Shown piece by piece: positions 9,839 through 21,808 of a stretch of DNA of 64,000 nucleotides (position 1 is its first letter; each line of letters starts with the position of its first letter). The notes under the pieces are model-generated. The model was not told the origin of the DNA, searched no databases, and saw only the letters and a list, made by a program, of their open reading frames with translations. Location: positions 96,001-160,000 of the forward strand of contig CAWFQB010000007.1 in the NCBI GenBank assembly GCA_963817895.1, read 5' to 3'. The stretch is from an uncultured Chthonomonadaceae bacterium. GTDB lineage: Bacteria > Armatimonadota > Chthonomonadetes > Chthonomonadales > Chthonomonadaceae. A program made the translations under genes and the position numbers.

Positions 9839-11682
9839 TCAGGGTTCCGTGATTGTCACATCACCGGGAATTTTGGGTGACTGCGCCACGCTTTGCCGGC
9901 CATCCGGCCACTGCACTTCGATGCGGTCTACCCTGTTTACGTTGCCCAAACCGATATGCGTCCGCGAATCGCTCGCGGACAGATAGCTGCCGCCCGCAGT
10001 ACATTCGGCTTTCCAGGACTGCTTTCCTGCGACGACCGTTATTTTCGCGCCAATGCCCATGCGATTGCAATGCCTGCCCACCAGTCGTATTCGCAGCCAT
10101 TTGCCGGTTGTGGAAATCCGATTTAACAGCAGGCGGACATGGCCTTCCAGATCGGTGACGGCCAGGTCCAGCCTGCCATCCTCATCGAAATCGCCAATCG
10201 CAAGCGCCCGCCCCACGCAGGGCGTCGTAAATCCCGGCCCCGCCTCCTGTGAGCGATCCCGCAAGCCGCCCTTGCCGTCGTTCATAAACAATTGCAGGGG
10301 TTGGCGGTAGCGCGACATGGCATCTATTTTTTCCTCGTTATCATAGACATGCCCGTTGGCCTGCGCAATATCCAGCCAGCCATCGTTGTCAAAATCGGCC
10401 CATTTGATCCCGAAGCCCACATACGGGCGCGTCGCCTGCGCCAATCCCGTCGCGATTCCACGATTTTGATAAATCCCCTCGCCCGAATCCGTGTACAGGC
10501 TCGAGCCTTCAAATTGAAACGTGGAAACCAGCAGCGACAGCCTGCCGTCGCGCATGAAATCGCCCCAATCCACGCCCATTGCTCCCTGCGCTTTTCCGTC
10601 CTCTGTCAGCGCCACGCCACGCGGCAGGGCTTCCTCGACAAACCCCTTACCCTTCTGATTGATAAATAAATCGCCCGGCATCTCATCGTTGCCCAGGTAC
10701 AGGTCCGGCCAGCCATCGCCATTCACATCCGCGAACGCCACGCCCAGGCATTTGCCATGCGCCTTGTCCAGTCCCATCCGGCGCGTCACATCCTGAAAAT
10801 GTCCGTTGCCCAGATTGCGGTACAGGCTGCCGATTTGCGGGTCGTACATTTTGGGGCCGCAGGCAGTGGGCGATATTTTTCGGTCGCTGCAAAATTGCAT
10901 CGCGTGTTAATCGAATACCACATAGCGCCCGATATAGACATCCAGCTTGCCGTCGTGATCTATGTCCGCGAAGGCCGCGCTCGTGGCCCAACTGGTGGCG
11001 GCGGCGCTTCCAGTCCCGATCCGCGCGTAATGTCGGCGAACTTCCCCCCGCCGAAATTGCGATACAGGCGTACAACGCCGTAGCCCGTCAGGAGCAGGTC
11101 GGGGCGTCCATCGTTATCTATATCCCCCACCGCGCAGCCGGTGTAAAACCCCGGCGCGTCCAGGCCACTGCCCTTTGTCACATCTTCAAAGGTTCCATTG
11201 CCCCGTTGTTATGGTACAGCCGACACCGGCCCGTTTGTTCTGCGGGGGAGTGGTTCGATGGCTGCGCGGAGGGCTTTTCCCAGGGCAGTCCCATCGGCTG
11301 CCCGACCAAAAACAGATCGGCATGGCCGTCGCCATCATAATCCAATACGGCGCAGCCCGTGCCGATGGTTTCCAGCAGCGTCAGGGGCGATTTCCCGCCA
11401 TGTCCCATCTGGAAATCCACTCCGGCTGTTACGGCGCGATCTTCAAACCAGCCGGATGGGGGAGCGGCGGCAACAGGGGCAAACGGTGCGGCGGCACGGG
11501 AATTGCCTGTCGGCACGAGAGCGCGGACATCAGGCACAATTGTTGTCAGCAGGAGAGCAATGAGAACCCGGAGAATTGCCTCGATGCCGCGCGCTCATGG
11601 CTGTGGGTACCACGGCTGCGCTCCGATGGCAGCCGAAGGGGGCGCGGCAACGGATGTGAAGGCGCGGCGATGGACGCGGCAT
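9839..11682 (-). CDS. Second CRTAC1-family FG-GAP/ASPIC-UnbV protein, frameshifted
   Basis: Fragments 11178-11537 (GTGCAVLDYDGDGHADLF), 10960-11181 (GDIDNDGRPD) and 9839-10900 (UnbV C-terminus) join into one gene; start approximate. Confidence 0.85.
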
Positions 11683-11706
11683 GCGAACGGTTTTCCGCTT
11701 TTCGCT

Positions 11707-12932
11707 TCAATTCCGCTTTGTATTGTTCGATTTCCTGCCGACACCTTTGCATCTTCGGCTCCCAGCGCGCTGATAAATTTTGTACTCCGACACGGCCCCC
11801 TCATCATTCTCGTATTTGCGGAACAAACGCGCCAGTTGCAGGTGCAGAGGCCGATTTTGCGGGTCGAGCCGGATGCGGTTTTCCGTGTCTTCAATGTCAT
11901 GTTTGGCTTTTGCCAGTTCCTGCGCGGTGGCAAGATCGGCCTTGCCCTCGGCCACTTTGCCGATCTTTGTCAGGCTCAAGCCCAGTTGATAAAGCGCCTG
12001 GTCATCGGAAGTATTCAGGGAAGCGGCTTTGCGGAGATGCGTTACAGCTTCCTGCCAGTTGCCCCTCCGCTCGTTTAAACGGCCCAGTTCAAGCTGCGCA
12101 TCGCTCATTTGCGGATCGAGGGTGACGGCATTTTCCAGCTGCTGCTGCGCCTGCGCGCGGAGCGTATCGCTGTCGCCCATTTGCAGATACAACTGCCCGA
12201 GCCAGAAATGCGTGATGGGGTCTGCGGGGTTCAGCGCCAACGCTTTTTGCAGATGCTGTTCGGCCTCCTGATAACGAGAATAGTGGCGGGAAAGCTGCCC
12301 CAGGTCGCGCCAGCAAAGAGCCTGTTTCGGGTCCAGAGCCACCGCTTTTTTCAGCGCCTCATACGCCAGATCAGAGTCGTGCGAGTCGCCGTACATTTTC
12401 CCAAGCGTATACCACGCGTATACATTGTCCGGCTGAAGCGCGACAACTTTCTTGAGAGGGTCAATGGCGTTGCGCGCGCTGCCCATCGCATACGTGGCTT
12501 TTGCCAGCGCAAGCTGGGTCGCGGGGTTATTCGGTTCCAGGCGAACGGCTTCCTGAAACAGACTGCATCGCCGCCTGCATGTTGCCGGCGCGCATATAAG
12601 CATTGCCCAGGGAGAGATGGGCGTCCGCCACTTTGGGGTTCAAGTTTACGGCGCACTGTAGTGCGCAGCGGGCCTCGTCGGTTCGGCCTGAACCCAACAG
12701 CGCAACGCCATAATATACCCAGGTAAGCTGATCTTTGGGGCTGTCGTGAACGGCCAGCGCCAACTCTTCCAGGGAAAGCGTCCGCAGTTGGCGTTCCCGC
12801 GCCCAGGAACTGTTGCGAATACCCAGGCTGATGCCGATAGCGACCAACCCGAACAGGAGCAGGAAGCCAGCGTAGTGGCTTTCGAGGCGTGGAGGTACTG
12901 GCTGCCGTGGATGCGAATGAAATAGATTTCAT
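11707..12932 (-). CDS. Tetratricopeptide repeat protein, frameshifted
   Basis: TPR repeats across ORFs 12527-12847, 11707-12603 and 11546-11752; ends approximate. Confidence 0.8.
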
Positions 12933-12971
12933 GTCATTTCACAACTTGCTGATGAATTGAAATTGTAACTG

Positions 12972-13012
12972 CCGACGCGCCGGCTGTTGCTGGAGAGAGC
13001 AGCAGCCGACGC
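12972..13012 (-). terminator. Hairpin downstream of prepilin gene
   Basis: cgcgccggctgttgct...agcagcagccgacgcg imperfect inverted repeat. Confidence 0.4.
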
Positions 13013-13054
13013 GCTCGACAGTATTCAGGAAACACCGATAACAGATGCTACCGG

Positions 13055-13887
13055 TTAATTGCCCCACTGAGCTCCCGGATTGTCCTGACCGGGAATCATA
13101 TACTTGTTACAGGGGTAGTTGCTTTCAAACCACGTATTCGTTTCGTAAGCGGTGTTTCCTTGCGCCAGGGGAATCGGCTTGTCGTGCGTTGGGGACAAGT
13201 TGATAATACTTCACATGTCCATCCGAATGGCATACCTGGCCGCCGCCGTTGTGGCGGGGCAGCCCCCAGGTAAATCCCTGCCAGGAAAGCCAACCGGTCG
13301 ACGATCTGGGCATTGCAGCCGAACGTGGTGTCTTCCGTATCCCAGTTTGTGTATTGGCGTCCCATGCCAGTCGGAGCCGGTACAGCAGTTCCAATCCGAG
13401 TGGCCGTCCATCAGCATCCAGGTTCGTAGAGGACTCCATCACGGCCGCGAATTTAGACGGCTTGCGGCTGTTGGCAGCTGGTTGTTGTACATGTAGGTGA
13501 CGGGGTTGATGTTCCAGTCATGGTGCTGCGGGTTGGCCGGGTCTTCGTCCAGGTCAGTGGATTCCGGGACACGCATAAACGCCTTTGCTTTTGATGTAAG
13601 GCGCAATGGTGTTTTGCCATTCCCAGGTATTGTCCGTCATTTCCCGCTGCGGTGTTGGGCTGCCAGCCTCCAAAGGGGAACCTTTCATCATAGTCCTGAA
13701 CATACATCAGCATTCCCAGGCCAAGCTGCTTGAGGTTGCTGGCGCAGCTTGCCTGTCGCGCTTTGGCGCGCGCCTGCGCAAAGACGGGAAATAGGATTGC
13801 CGCAAGGATAGCGATAATGGCAATGACGACGAGCAGTTCGATCAGGGTAAAACCATTATGCCGGCGGCTGTTGTTGCTCCGTTGCAT
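13055..13887 (-). CDS. Prepilin-type N-terminal cleavage/methylation, DUF1559 / H-X9-DG protein, frameshifted
   Basis: [56 protein letters not shown]-terminal [16 protein letters not shown]. Confidence 0.92.
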
Positions 13888-14049
13888 ATAACTTTCCTTT
13901 CTTGTGTTACAATCCTTCACAAACGGGGACTGTCTCTCTCCCGGCGCATGAAAGATCACGTAAACGCCTTCCACTGACAATTCTGGAACATTGGACACCT
14001 GCGCGTGAAACAAAAGCAAGCGACGAGCGCAAGTTCACGTTGGCTGTTC

Positions 14050-14274
14050 CTACTGGCCGGGAACACTGGACTTGCCAGGTGCCGCAGTTCCCACCGGACC
14101 ACCGGAACTGCCGGGACCACCGGAGCCGGGCGGCTTAAATCCCTGGGGCGCATTTTTGTAGGGGTTTTCGCCTCCCCCGCCATTGCTAATGGTTCTGCGG
14201 GCATAGAAAAATATCACAATCAAAAGAACGACGACAGCCCCAATGATCATCGCAGGATTTACTTCTTGCTTCAA
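14050..14274 (-). CDS. Small single-TM Gly/Pro-rich protein upstream of the prepilin
   Basis: TTG start after GAAGGGGG RBS; KQEVNPAMIIGAVVVLLIVIFFY followed by a GGP-rich tail. Confidence 0.65.
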   Translation of the reverse strand: MKQEVNPAMIIGAVVVLLIVIFFYARRTISNGGGGENPYKNAPQGFKPPGSGGPGSSGGPVGTAAPGKSSVPGQ

Positions 14275-14581
14275 AGTTTCACCCCCTTCACAGCGTTGAA
14301 TTGCATCCACTCCTGTTGCTACGGGAGAACTCACCATCACAGGGATGCGCGTCTATGCGTTTATCATAGCACACCGCAACATACTTTTCAACACTGTATA
14401 CGCATGTTCCTGCATGTTGTTCATAAAGAACAAACATTTTCGCTTAAAATGCCCGATTATAAGGTTCCCGACGGAGAAGACTGCGCATATTACCGGGTAC
14501 ACAAAAACTCAGGCGGATTGTCATTCATAACAGCGCAAATGCTTTCACGGGCCGCGCCACCACCAGCAGGGTAAGAGGAAG

Positions 14582-14611
14582 TTGACATTTAACAGGACAG
14601 AGTGTTATCAT
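14582..14611 (+). promoter_or_regulatory. sigma70-type promoter upstream of multiheme cytochrome
   Basis: TTGACA-N18-TATCAT with extended -10 TG. Confidence 0.55.
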
Positions 14612-14706
14612 AAAGAAGTGGCAGAACCTTTTTGGAACGCCCATGCCTGGCGTCGCTTGCGCCACAGCTCTGATTATTTCGCTTTGAAGATGCGTGATGA
14701 TACTCC

Positions 14707-15891
14707 ATGCCACTTAGAAATTTCTTTCGCCGCAATGTCCTGTCTGTCCGCGCGTTAAGCGTCGGCCTCGCGGTTTCTTTCCTGCTGCTCCTTGTCCTTA
14801 CCGCCTGCCACCGCAATCCTGATCCTTCCACGCTTTCGGGTGTCGCGCCTGCGGCCATTACGGACCCTGACGGGTATGTTGGCAACAGCGCGTGCGCGAC
14901 CTGCCATCCCGGCGAATTTCAGCAGCATCGCGGAAGCCGTCATGCGCTTACCATGCATGCGGCTGATACCGCGTCCCTGGGGTCATTAGCGCCTGCTCCC
15001 GGCGCAATCCCCCTGGCAGGTTATGCCCTGAGCATAGAGGCAGGCCGCCTGGCGCTCACCCGCTCTATTGCCCCGGTTGGTCCCATGCCGCTTGACATTG
15101 CTCTTGGCTCCGGTAAAGTGGGCATCACTTTTATTTCCCTGCAAGGCAAAGACACGTTACTGGAAGCGCGCATGAGTTATTTTCCTGAAGGCAGGCAATG
15201 GGATTTTACGCCGGGGCAAGAGGTTAAAAACGGAGAGGATACCGTATTCGGGCGCATCCATCATGGCAATGAAGACGCGGGCCGGTGTCTGCGCTGTCAC
15301 TCCGTGACGCAGCCTCCTAATGACATCAAACCGAAGCCCGAATTTTATGGCGTCGGCTGCGAAGTCGTGTCATGGCGCGGGCAAAGCCCATGTTGACGCG
15401 ATGCGCAGGGGCGACCTGGCTCACATTTCCATGAAGCGCCTGAATCAATTGCCTTCCGGTCAACTCAACGACCTGTGCGGAAAATGCCATCGCTCCCTCA
15501 AAGATGTGGATTTGGATACTACCGCCGGTTCCCTCACGCATCGCTTTCAGCCCTATGCTCTTGTCCGCAGCCGCTGTCGCAACAGTGACAGCAGCGTCCT
15601 CTCGTGTCTGACGTGTCACTCCGCCCACACAAACGTCAGCACAGACATCAGGAAATATGAGCAGCAGTGCCTGCAATGCCATACGGCGGGACATCCCCTG
15701 CCCCACAGGGCAACCGCGCCTGTTGAAGTCGGCAAGGCGTGTCCTGTAAATCCGAAAACGGCTGCATCCCCTGCCACATGCGCGACAAACAATCCTTCCC
15801 CGGTCTGTTCTGGAAACCCATGGTAGACCATCTGATTTCTATCAATCGCAACAAACCATCCGCGAACCACACGACCGGCGCTATGCGCTAA
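14707..15891 (+). CDS. Multiheme c-type cytochrome lipoprotein (~7 CxxCH), frameshifted
   Basis: Lipobox-like LTAC; CATCH, CLRCH, CE(S)CH, CGKCH, CLTCH, CLQCH, CIPCH across frames; end approximate. Confidence 0.85.
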
Positions 15892-15954
15892 AACCGCGCA
15901 TGGACAATCCTGAATTCGCTCCCTACTCCTGTTTCGGAACCGTTGGGCTTGCAG

Positions 15955-16442
15955 TCACAGGTTATGCGTTTTGCGCAGGTCGGCAAGCAGCCCGGTTGTG
16001 GCCTGCTCGACAAGGGCGTACACTTCAGCGTATCTGCCGTCATAGTAAGGATCGGGAACTTCCGCGCGTTTCCCGCATCCGGCGCGTAATCCATCAGGCG
16101 CGGCGACATGCGGCGTGTTTGCCTTCGCCCAAACGCGCCAGACGAAGCAGCGTGTTGACGTCCGCGAAGTTGCTCTCGTCCATCGTCAGGATATAATCGA
16201 ACCCGCGAAAATCCGCGCCCTCGATCTGCCGCGCGCTGTGCGCGAAGGCGATACTGTTGAATTTCAGTATCTGCTGTGTGCCGCGATGCGGAGCCTGTCC
16301 CCGATGCCAGTCGCCCGTTCCCGCCGAGATCCGCTTCGATTTGGTCTTCCAGGCCAGCTTGCTTTACCTTGTGCAGAAACACGGCTTCCGCCATCGGCGA
16401 ACGGCAAATATTTCCCAGACATACAAACAACACTCGTATCAT
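15955..16442 (-). CDS. Low molecular weight protein-tyrosine phosphatase, frameshifted
   Basis: VLFVCLGNICRSPMAE P-loop; VPDPYY in another frame. Confidence 0.9.
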
Positions 16443-16541
16443 TCCCGCCTCCTGTAACGATTCCATACACTTCAGGATACCCCCACAACCTTCTGTCACA
16501 ACCTACAGTAAGGTACAATTGCCGGAATTATACTGTAACGC

Positions 16542-16583
16542 AACATCAGCCACAATCCCGCAATGGTGGGATGTGGCTGATGT
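16542..16583 (-). terminator. Hairpin after PEP-CTERM gene
   Basis: aacatcagccaca...tgtggctgatgtt inverted repeat. Confidence 0.55.
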
Positions 16584-16612
16584 TGAAGCCGGTTTCAGAC
16601 TATACGTGACGC

Positions 16613-17461
16613 TCAGGCGATTTGGCGCGATTGTTTGCGCCGCCACAGGAAAGCCGCGCCGCTCAACACGAAGCCGGACAGAAAGGCGACAGCAGAGGGT
16701 TCGGGGACAGCGGAAGGGGCGGTGGCGGAAAGCACAATCTGAGCATCGGGCAGTTGGTACGCGCCAACCTGCGTCCCGAAACCGCTAACAGTGTCCAGAA
16801 GAATAACATGTTCGGAATCGTCGAAACCGAACAGGGAACCGTTCGAGAAAGCAAGGCCGAAGATGCCAGTAAAAGCGGTATTCGCCCCTGCCCTGCCCAC
16901 AGCCGTTCCCACTCCGGTAGTCTGATCGAGGGTATTCAGCACGTCAAGATTATTGGCCCCATTAGCAGGATCATTATTGGTTTGAAACAGGTTGCCGCCG
17001 TCATCAAAAGCGATAGTTCCGACAGAAGCGTTGCCAATAGCGCCCACAAGCAGGGCCGCGCCTGTGCCGAGATTAAGAGTGTACAGGTTACTCACCTGAT
17101 CTGCCAGAAACAGCGTCCCGTCGGAGCGGAAAGCCAGCCCGTCTGCCTGTTCCGCATCCAGTCCCGTAGAGCCGATTGTGGTCAGCGCGCCTGTGTTGGC
17201 GTTCACGGTGAACAGCGTGGTTGCATCTGTGCTTATTCCGTACAAAACGCCCTCGGGAGAAAACGCGATACCGGATAACTGCGTACTTGTAGCGCCTATC
17301 TCGGTAAAAACACCTGTTGACGTTATGGTTCCAAGTATCCCGGTGTCCTGTCCAACGTGGCCCGCTGTAACCCATATAGTTTGGGCGGAAACGAAGCGCG
17401 GGCAGAAAAACGCGGCGGCAATGGTGAGCATAGCAACCAGATTGCGAATGTAAATCGGCAT
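16613..17461 (-). CDS. PEP-CTERM sorted surface protein (beta-propeller-like repeats)
   Basis: Signal peptide; C-terminal VPEPS + TM helix + WRRK. Confidence 0.9.
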   Translation of the reverse strand: MPIYIRNLVAMLTIAAAFFCPRFVSAQTIWVTAGHVGQDTGILGTITSTGVFTEIGATSTQLSGIAFSPEGVLYGISTDATTLFTVNANTGALTTIGSTGLDAEQADGLAFRSDGTLFLADQVSNLYTLNLGTGAALLVGAIGNASVGTIAFDDGGNLFQTNNDPANGANNLDVLNTLDQTTGVGTAVGRAGANTAFTGIFGLAFSNGSLFGFDDSEHVILLDTVSGFGTQVGAYQLPDAQIVLSATAPSAVPEPSAVAFLSGFVLSGAAFLWRRKQSRQIA

Positions 17462-17885
17462 AATCTTCTCCTTAAAAACTGCCAGAGAAAGTACGCGAAC
17501 AGGGTACAGAAAAAGTGAGTTCTACTCCTCACTGTGAATGATCGAAATATCCTGTTCAACCGATACACCCGTTGAAACCGAGGAGAAGTGATTGCAGAAA
17601 CAGAGGCATGCCCTGCAATATTGTCGGGTAAAGTCGGGTGAAAACGCAGGGCGCAATTAGAGATCGAACAGGAACCGGAATCGGCTTATAAGCGAAACGT
17701 TTCCTGTTGACTTTGAAATTTTTCGGCGTGTGGCGCGGAAGGGACCTGTGTTGAGAGCAGGCAGGAATCAGCGCAGATTATCGCGAATAGAAGTGGCATA
17801 CAGCAAAACGTATTTTCTCGCCCGGTATTACTGCCGGAAAGAATAAGCGCTGTGTCGTTGAGGTGTTGAGGAGGGATACGCGCGT

Positions 17886-18879
17886 ATGAAGTGGCCCAAT
17901 CCGACCGATTATCAGGACGCCGTTCAAAACCCCCGGCTGTGCTTTTCCGACCCGGAATTGCAAGGTGGCGTGGTGGCGACAAACGCGCTCGGCCTGCCCC
18001 GCGTGGCGTCGGGCAATTTCGCCAGCGTGTACGAGGTGCAGACGGGCAAGAAAGCGGTGGGCCGTGCGGTGCTTTTTGCGGCAGTGCGCCGACCAGCAGA
18101 AGCACTACGCGCATGTTACAAACCATCTAAAGAGTTTATGGCTGCCGTTTCTGGTGGATTTCGAGTATCAGCCGCAGGGATTCGCCTGTTCGGACAGCAG
18201 TACCCGATTGTCAAAATGCAGTGGGTGGATGGCGTTGCGCTGCATACGTTTGTGAAGAAGAAATTGCGACGCCCGCAGGATTTGCTGAAACTGGCGGCGC
18301 AGTGGCGGGGCATGGTGAACAGTCTGCACGGCAGTCGGTTGGCGCACGGGGATTTGCAGCACGGCAATGTTCTGGTTACATCGAAAGGCCTTGCGTGTCT
18401 GGTAGACTACGATGCGATGTACGTTCCCGCGCTGCACGGCACAAATTGCGCCGAACTCGGCCACGCCAATTACCAGCATCCGCAGCGGCAGGCCAACCAT
18501 TACGACCACAATCTGGACAATTTCGCCGCGCTCGTGATTTATGTCAGCCTCCGCGCCCTCGCCGTCGAGCCGGAACTATGGGACACAGTACCACACGGGC
18601 GAAAACCTGATTTTCTCGTCTTCGGATTTCAAAGCGCCCTCGCAATCCGCCCTGTTCGGTCAACTCCGGCGCAGTCAGGCCGCCGAAGTCCGCGCCTTTG
18701 CCATAAAACTCATTGAGTGGTGTTGCGGCCCCATAGAACAAACAGGGAACTTCGAGGCCGTTTTTTCAACGCCCCGACTTGCAACCGCGCCTGTACAAAC
18801 ATCTACGCCGTTAATTTCGCAGCCAACAACGCCTACACAGCAACCTGCTCAGGTAAACCGTTGGTGGTTAGACCATTAG
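17886..18879 (+). CDS. Ser/Thr protein kinase-like protein, frameshifted
   Basis: SGNFASVY, WAVRCF, HGDLQHGNVLV, LVDYDAM, ELGHANYQHP motifs; frame switches near 18055, 18180 and 18587. Confidence 0.8.
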
Positions 18880-18891
18880 GTGAAGTGTTCT

Positions 18892-19044
18892 TTGTCTTGA
18901 ACCATGATCAGGCATGATTTTGATGATGACCATGATTAAGGAGGCGCGTTCCTCATAGCCTTTCGCTAATCAGACAGGTGACACGTTAAACAGCGCATTA
19001 TCATGGTAATCATCAAAATCATGCCTGATCATGGTTCAAGACAA
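18892..19044. mobile_element. MITE/REP-like element with TTGTCTTGAACCATGAT terminal inverted repeats
   Basis: ttgtcttgaaccatgatcaggcatgattttgatgat...atcatcaaaatcatgcctgatcatggttcaagacaa; second copy at 56659-56763. Confidence 0.6.
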
Positions 19045-19058
19045 TCTAAAAAGAGGGC

Positions 19059-19670
19059 ATGATGACAGCAACAGCACTAAAACAACCGGATGCGCCGCAG
19101 AAATTAATTACCTACGAGGAATACCTCGAAGATTTTATGAGCAAGCGCCCGACCTTGCAACCCTATGAAATCATTGAAGGAGTGCGCCACTTTATGAACA
19201 CGCCTTTGCTCATTCATCAGCGCATTGTAATCCGGCTAATTCTGCTGTTGAGCGCGTATGAGGTGGCGCGGCGTACCGGCATCGTGATTGTTTCTCCGTT
19301 TGATGTGTTGATACGCCGTATTCCGCGCCTGCAAACCCGCCAGCCGGACGTTATGTTCATCACCAATGACCGGTTGGAACTGTCCGGCGGCATTATGATG
19401 GAAGGGCCGTTGGAGCAGCCGCCGCAACTCGTTATTGAAGTGCTATCGCCCAGCGAAACCCGGCGTATTGTTCAAGACAAAATCGAAGATTACCGCAGCA
19501 TCGGCGTGGAAGAAGCGTGGCTGGTCAGTTCACAGGCGGAAACGGTTCAAGTCTTGCGCCTCACGGCAGAGGGCGTAGAAAGCGTGGCGGTCTACGGCTT
19601 CGATGAAAGCGTTACGTCGTTAGTGTTTCCTGACCTGACGCTTTCGCTGGCAGATATATTCGCGTATTAA
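19059..19670 (+). CDS. Uma2 family (PD-(D/E)XK) endonuclease
   Basis: TYEEYL, YEIIEG, HQRI, RQPDV, PQLVIEVLSPS, KIEDYRSIGVEEAWLV. Confidence 0.92.
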   Translation: MMTATALKQPDAPQKLITYEEYLEDFMSKRPTLQPYEIIEGVRHFMNTPLLIHQRIVIRLILLLSAYEVARRTGIVIVSPFDVLIRRIPRLQTRQPDVMFITNDRLELSGGIMMEGPLEQPPQLVIEVLSPSETRRIVQDKIEDYRSIGVEEAWLVSSQAETVQVLRLTAEGVESVAVYGFDESVTSLVFPDLTLSLADIFAY

Positions 19671-19695
19671 AATCTAAGGAACCGAGAACATATCA

Positions 19696-21764
19696 ATGAC
19701 GATGGACTCCGAGGCGGGAAAGAACCCTGCACAATCTAATACATCCGATACGAACACGAAGAACACTGTTTCCGAGACGATGGTGGATGAGTTGCCGTCC
19801 CCATTGACGGGTACGGCGATGCAGCGCAGGGCGGTGACGTGGCGCTCCGTGCTGCTGTGCCTGCTGCTGCTGCCCATCAACTCCTACTGGGTCGTGCAGA
19901 TGGAGGTCGTGCGCTATTCGGCGCACCCGACGACGATCTCGCTGCTGTTCAATACCATTTTCATTCTGCTCTGCCTGACCCTGCTCAACCGCGTCGTGCA
20001 TGCGCTTCGCGCCGCGCGCCGCGCTGGAGCGGGGCGAACTGCTGCTCGTCTATTCCGTCCTGTGCATCGGCTCGTGCGTGTCCGGGCACGACATGCTGGA
20101 AGTCTTCGTTCCGATGCTGACCTGGTCGTTCAAGCACGCCGACAGCACCAACAACTGGGGCACGCTCATCAATCCGCATCTGCCCGCACATGGCTGTTCA
20201 TCACCGACCCGGCCATTTACAAAAGTTACTATCTGGGCAACGACAGCATCTGGCACTGGAAATATATTCGCGCCTGGCTGCCGGTCGTGACCATCTGGAC
20301 GCTGTTTGTCTCCACGCTGCTGTTCGTCATGCTGTGCATCAACGCGCATTCTGCGCAAGCAGTGGACGGACAACGAGCGCCTCGACCTATCCCATCGTGC
20401 AGTTGCCGCTGCAAATCACGAGCGAACAGGCGTTTCAGCCGCAGGGCATGTTCCGCAACCGCCTGTTCTGGATCGGGTTTATCCTCGCGGGCGCGATTGA
20501 CATGATCAACAGCCTGAACTACTACTATCCCGGCATTCCGACGGTGCTGACGCCCGGTTTCGGCCAGAGTTTCCTCGATCATCGCGCCCTTCTTTCGCGG
20601 CCAAGCCCTGGAACGCGATTGGGCTGGACGCCGCTCTCCTTTTATCCGTTCATGATCGGCTTGGGCATGTTCATGCCGCTCGACTTTCTGTTCTCCTGCG
20701 TCTTTTTCTACTGGTTCTGGAAGTTTGAGAAGGTGTCTTCGGTCGCGATGGCCTACGATCAGGACCCGCGCTTCCCCTACACGGAGAATCAGGCGTTCGG
20801 CGCGTAATCTGTCGTTCTGTCTGTACTCCGTCTGGATCAGCCGGGGCTATCTGCAACAGGTGTTGCGCCGCGCTCTGGGCAGGCCGTCCACCCTGGACGA
20901 CAGCCGCGAGCCGATGCGTTACCGCAACGGCGGTTCTTGGGATTCTCGGCGGCGTGGGCGTGTCTGGTGCGTTTTTCCGCCTATCTCGGCATGCACGTGG
21001 TGGATCGGCCATCCTCTTCTTCCTGATGTATTTCGCGCTCGCCCTTGCCATCACGCGCATGCGCGCGGAACTGGGCACGCCCATTCACGACCTGCACTTC
21101 ACCGGCCCGGAGACGATTATGACGCGCGTGGCGGGCAGCCGCGCCTTCAACGCCGACAACCTGACGGTCTTCGCCCTCTTCTTCTGGTTCAACCGCGCGT
21201 ACCGCTCGCACCCCATGCCGCACCAGTTGGAAGCGTACAAGCTGGCGGAGCAGTCGCGCACGCAATTACCGCAAGTGGAACGGCGCGATTTTCTGGTCTG
21301 GGCACGGTGGCCGTTTTCGTCGCGTTCTGGGCCATTCTGCACCTGATGTACAGTTACGGCGCGGAAGGCAAATCGCGCATGACGTTCGGCGCCGGAGCCG
21401 TTCAACAAGCTGGACGGCTGGCTGAAGACCCCGCAGCTCGGCAAGTTCCAGGAGTTTCTGGCGATCTGCGGTCGGGTTCGGGATCGCGTTTCTGCTGCAA
21501 TGGCTGCGCGTTCGCCTTCCCTGGTGGCCGCTGCATCCGCTGGCCTTCGCCGTGACGTCGTCCTGGGAAATCAATCTGGTCTGGGGGCCGCTGTTTCTGG
21601 CCTGGATGTTCAAATCCCTGATCCTGCGCTATGGCGGGCGGGGCGGCTTCCATCGGTCGCTGCCGTTCTTCCTGGGCCTGATGCTCGGCCAGTTCGTCGT
21701 CGGCAGCCTGTGGAACATGTACGGCATTTTCCGCGACCTGCCCACCTATCAGTTCTGGCAATGA
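19696..21764 (+). CDS. OPT-superfamily-like membrane protein (DUF6785/DUF6784-like), multiply frameshifted
   Basis: RKQWTDNERL.YPIVQLP, TRMRAELGTP, WWPLHPLAF, KSLILRYGG across frames. Confidence 0.75.
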
Positions 21765-21808
21765 TCGCGTAAGTTCACTGTGGAAACAATGTTGTTTCGG
21801 AGGCTGCT

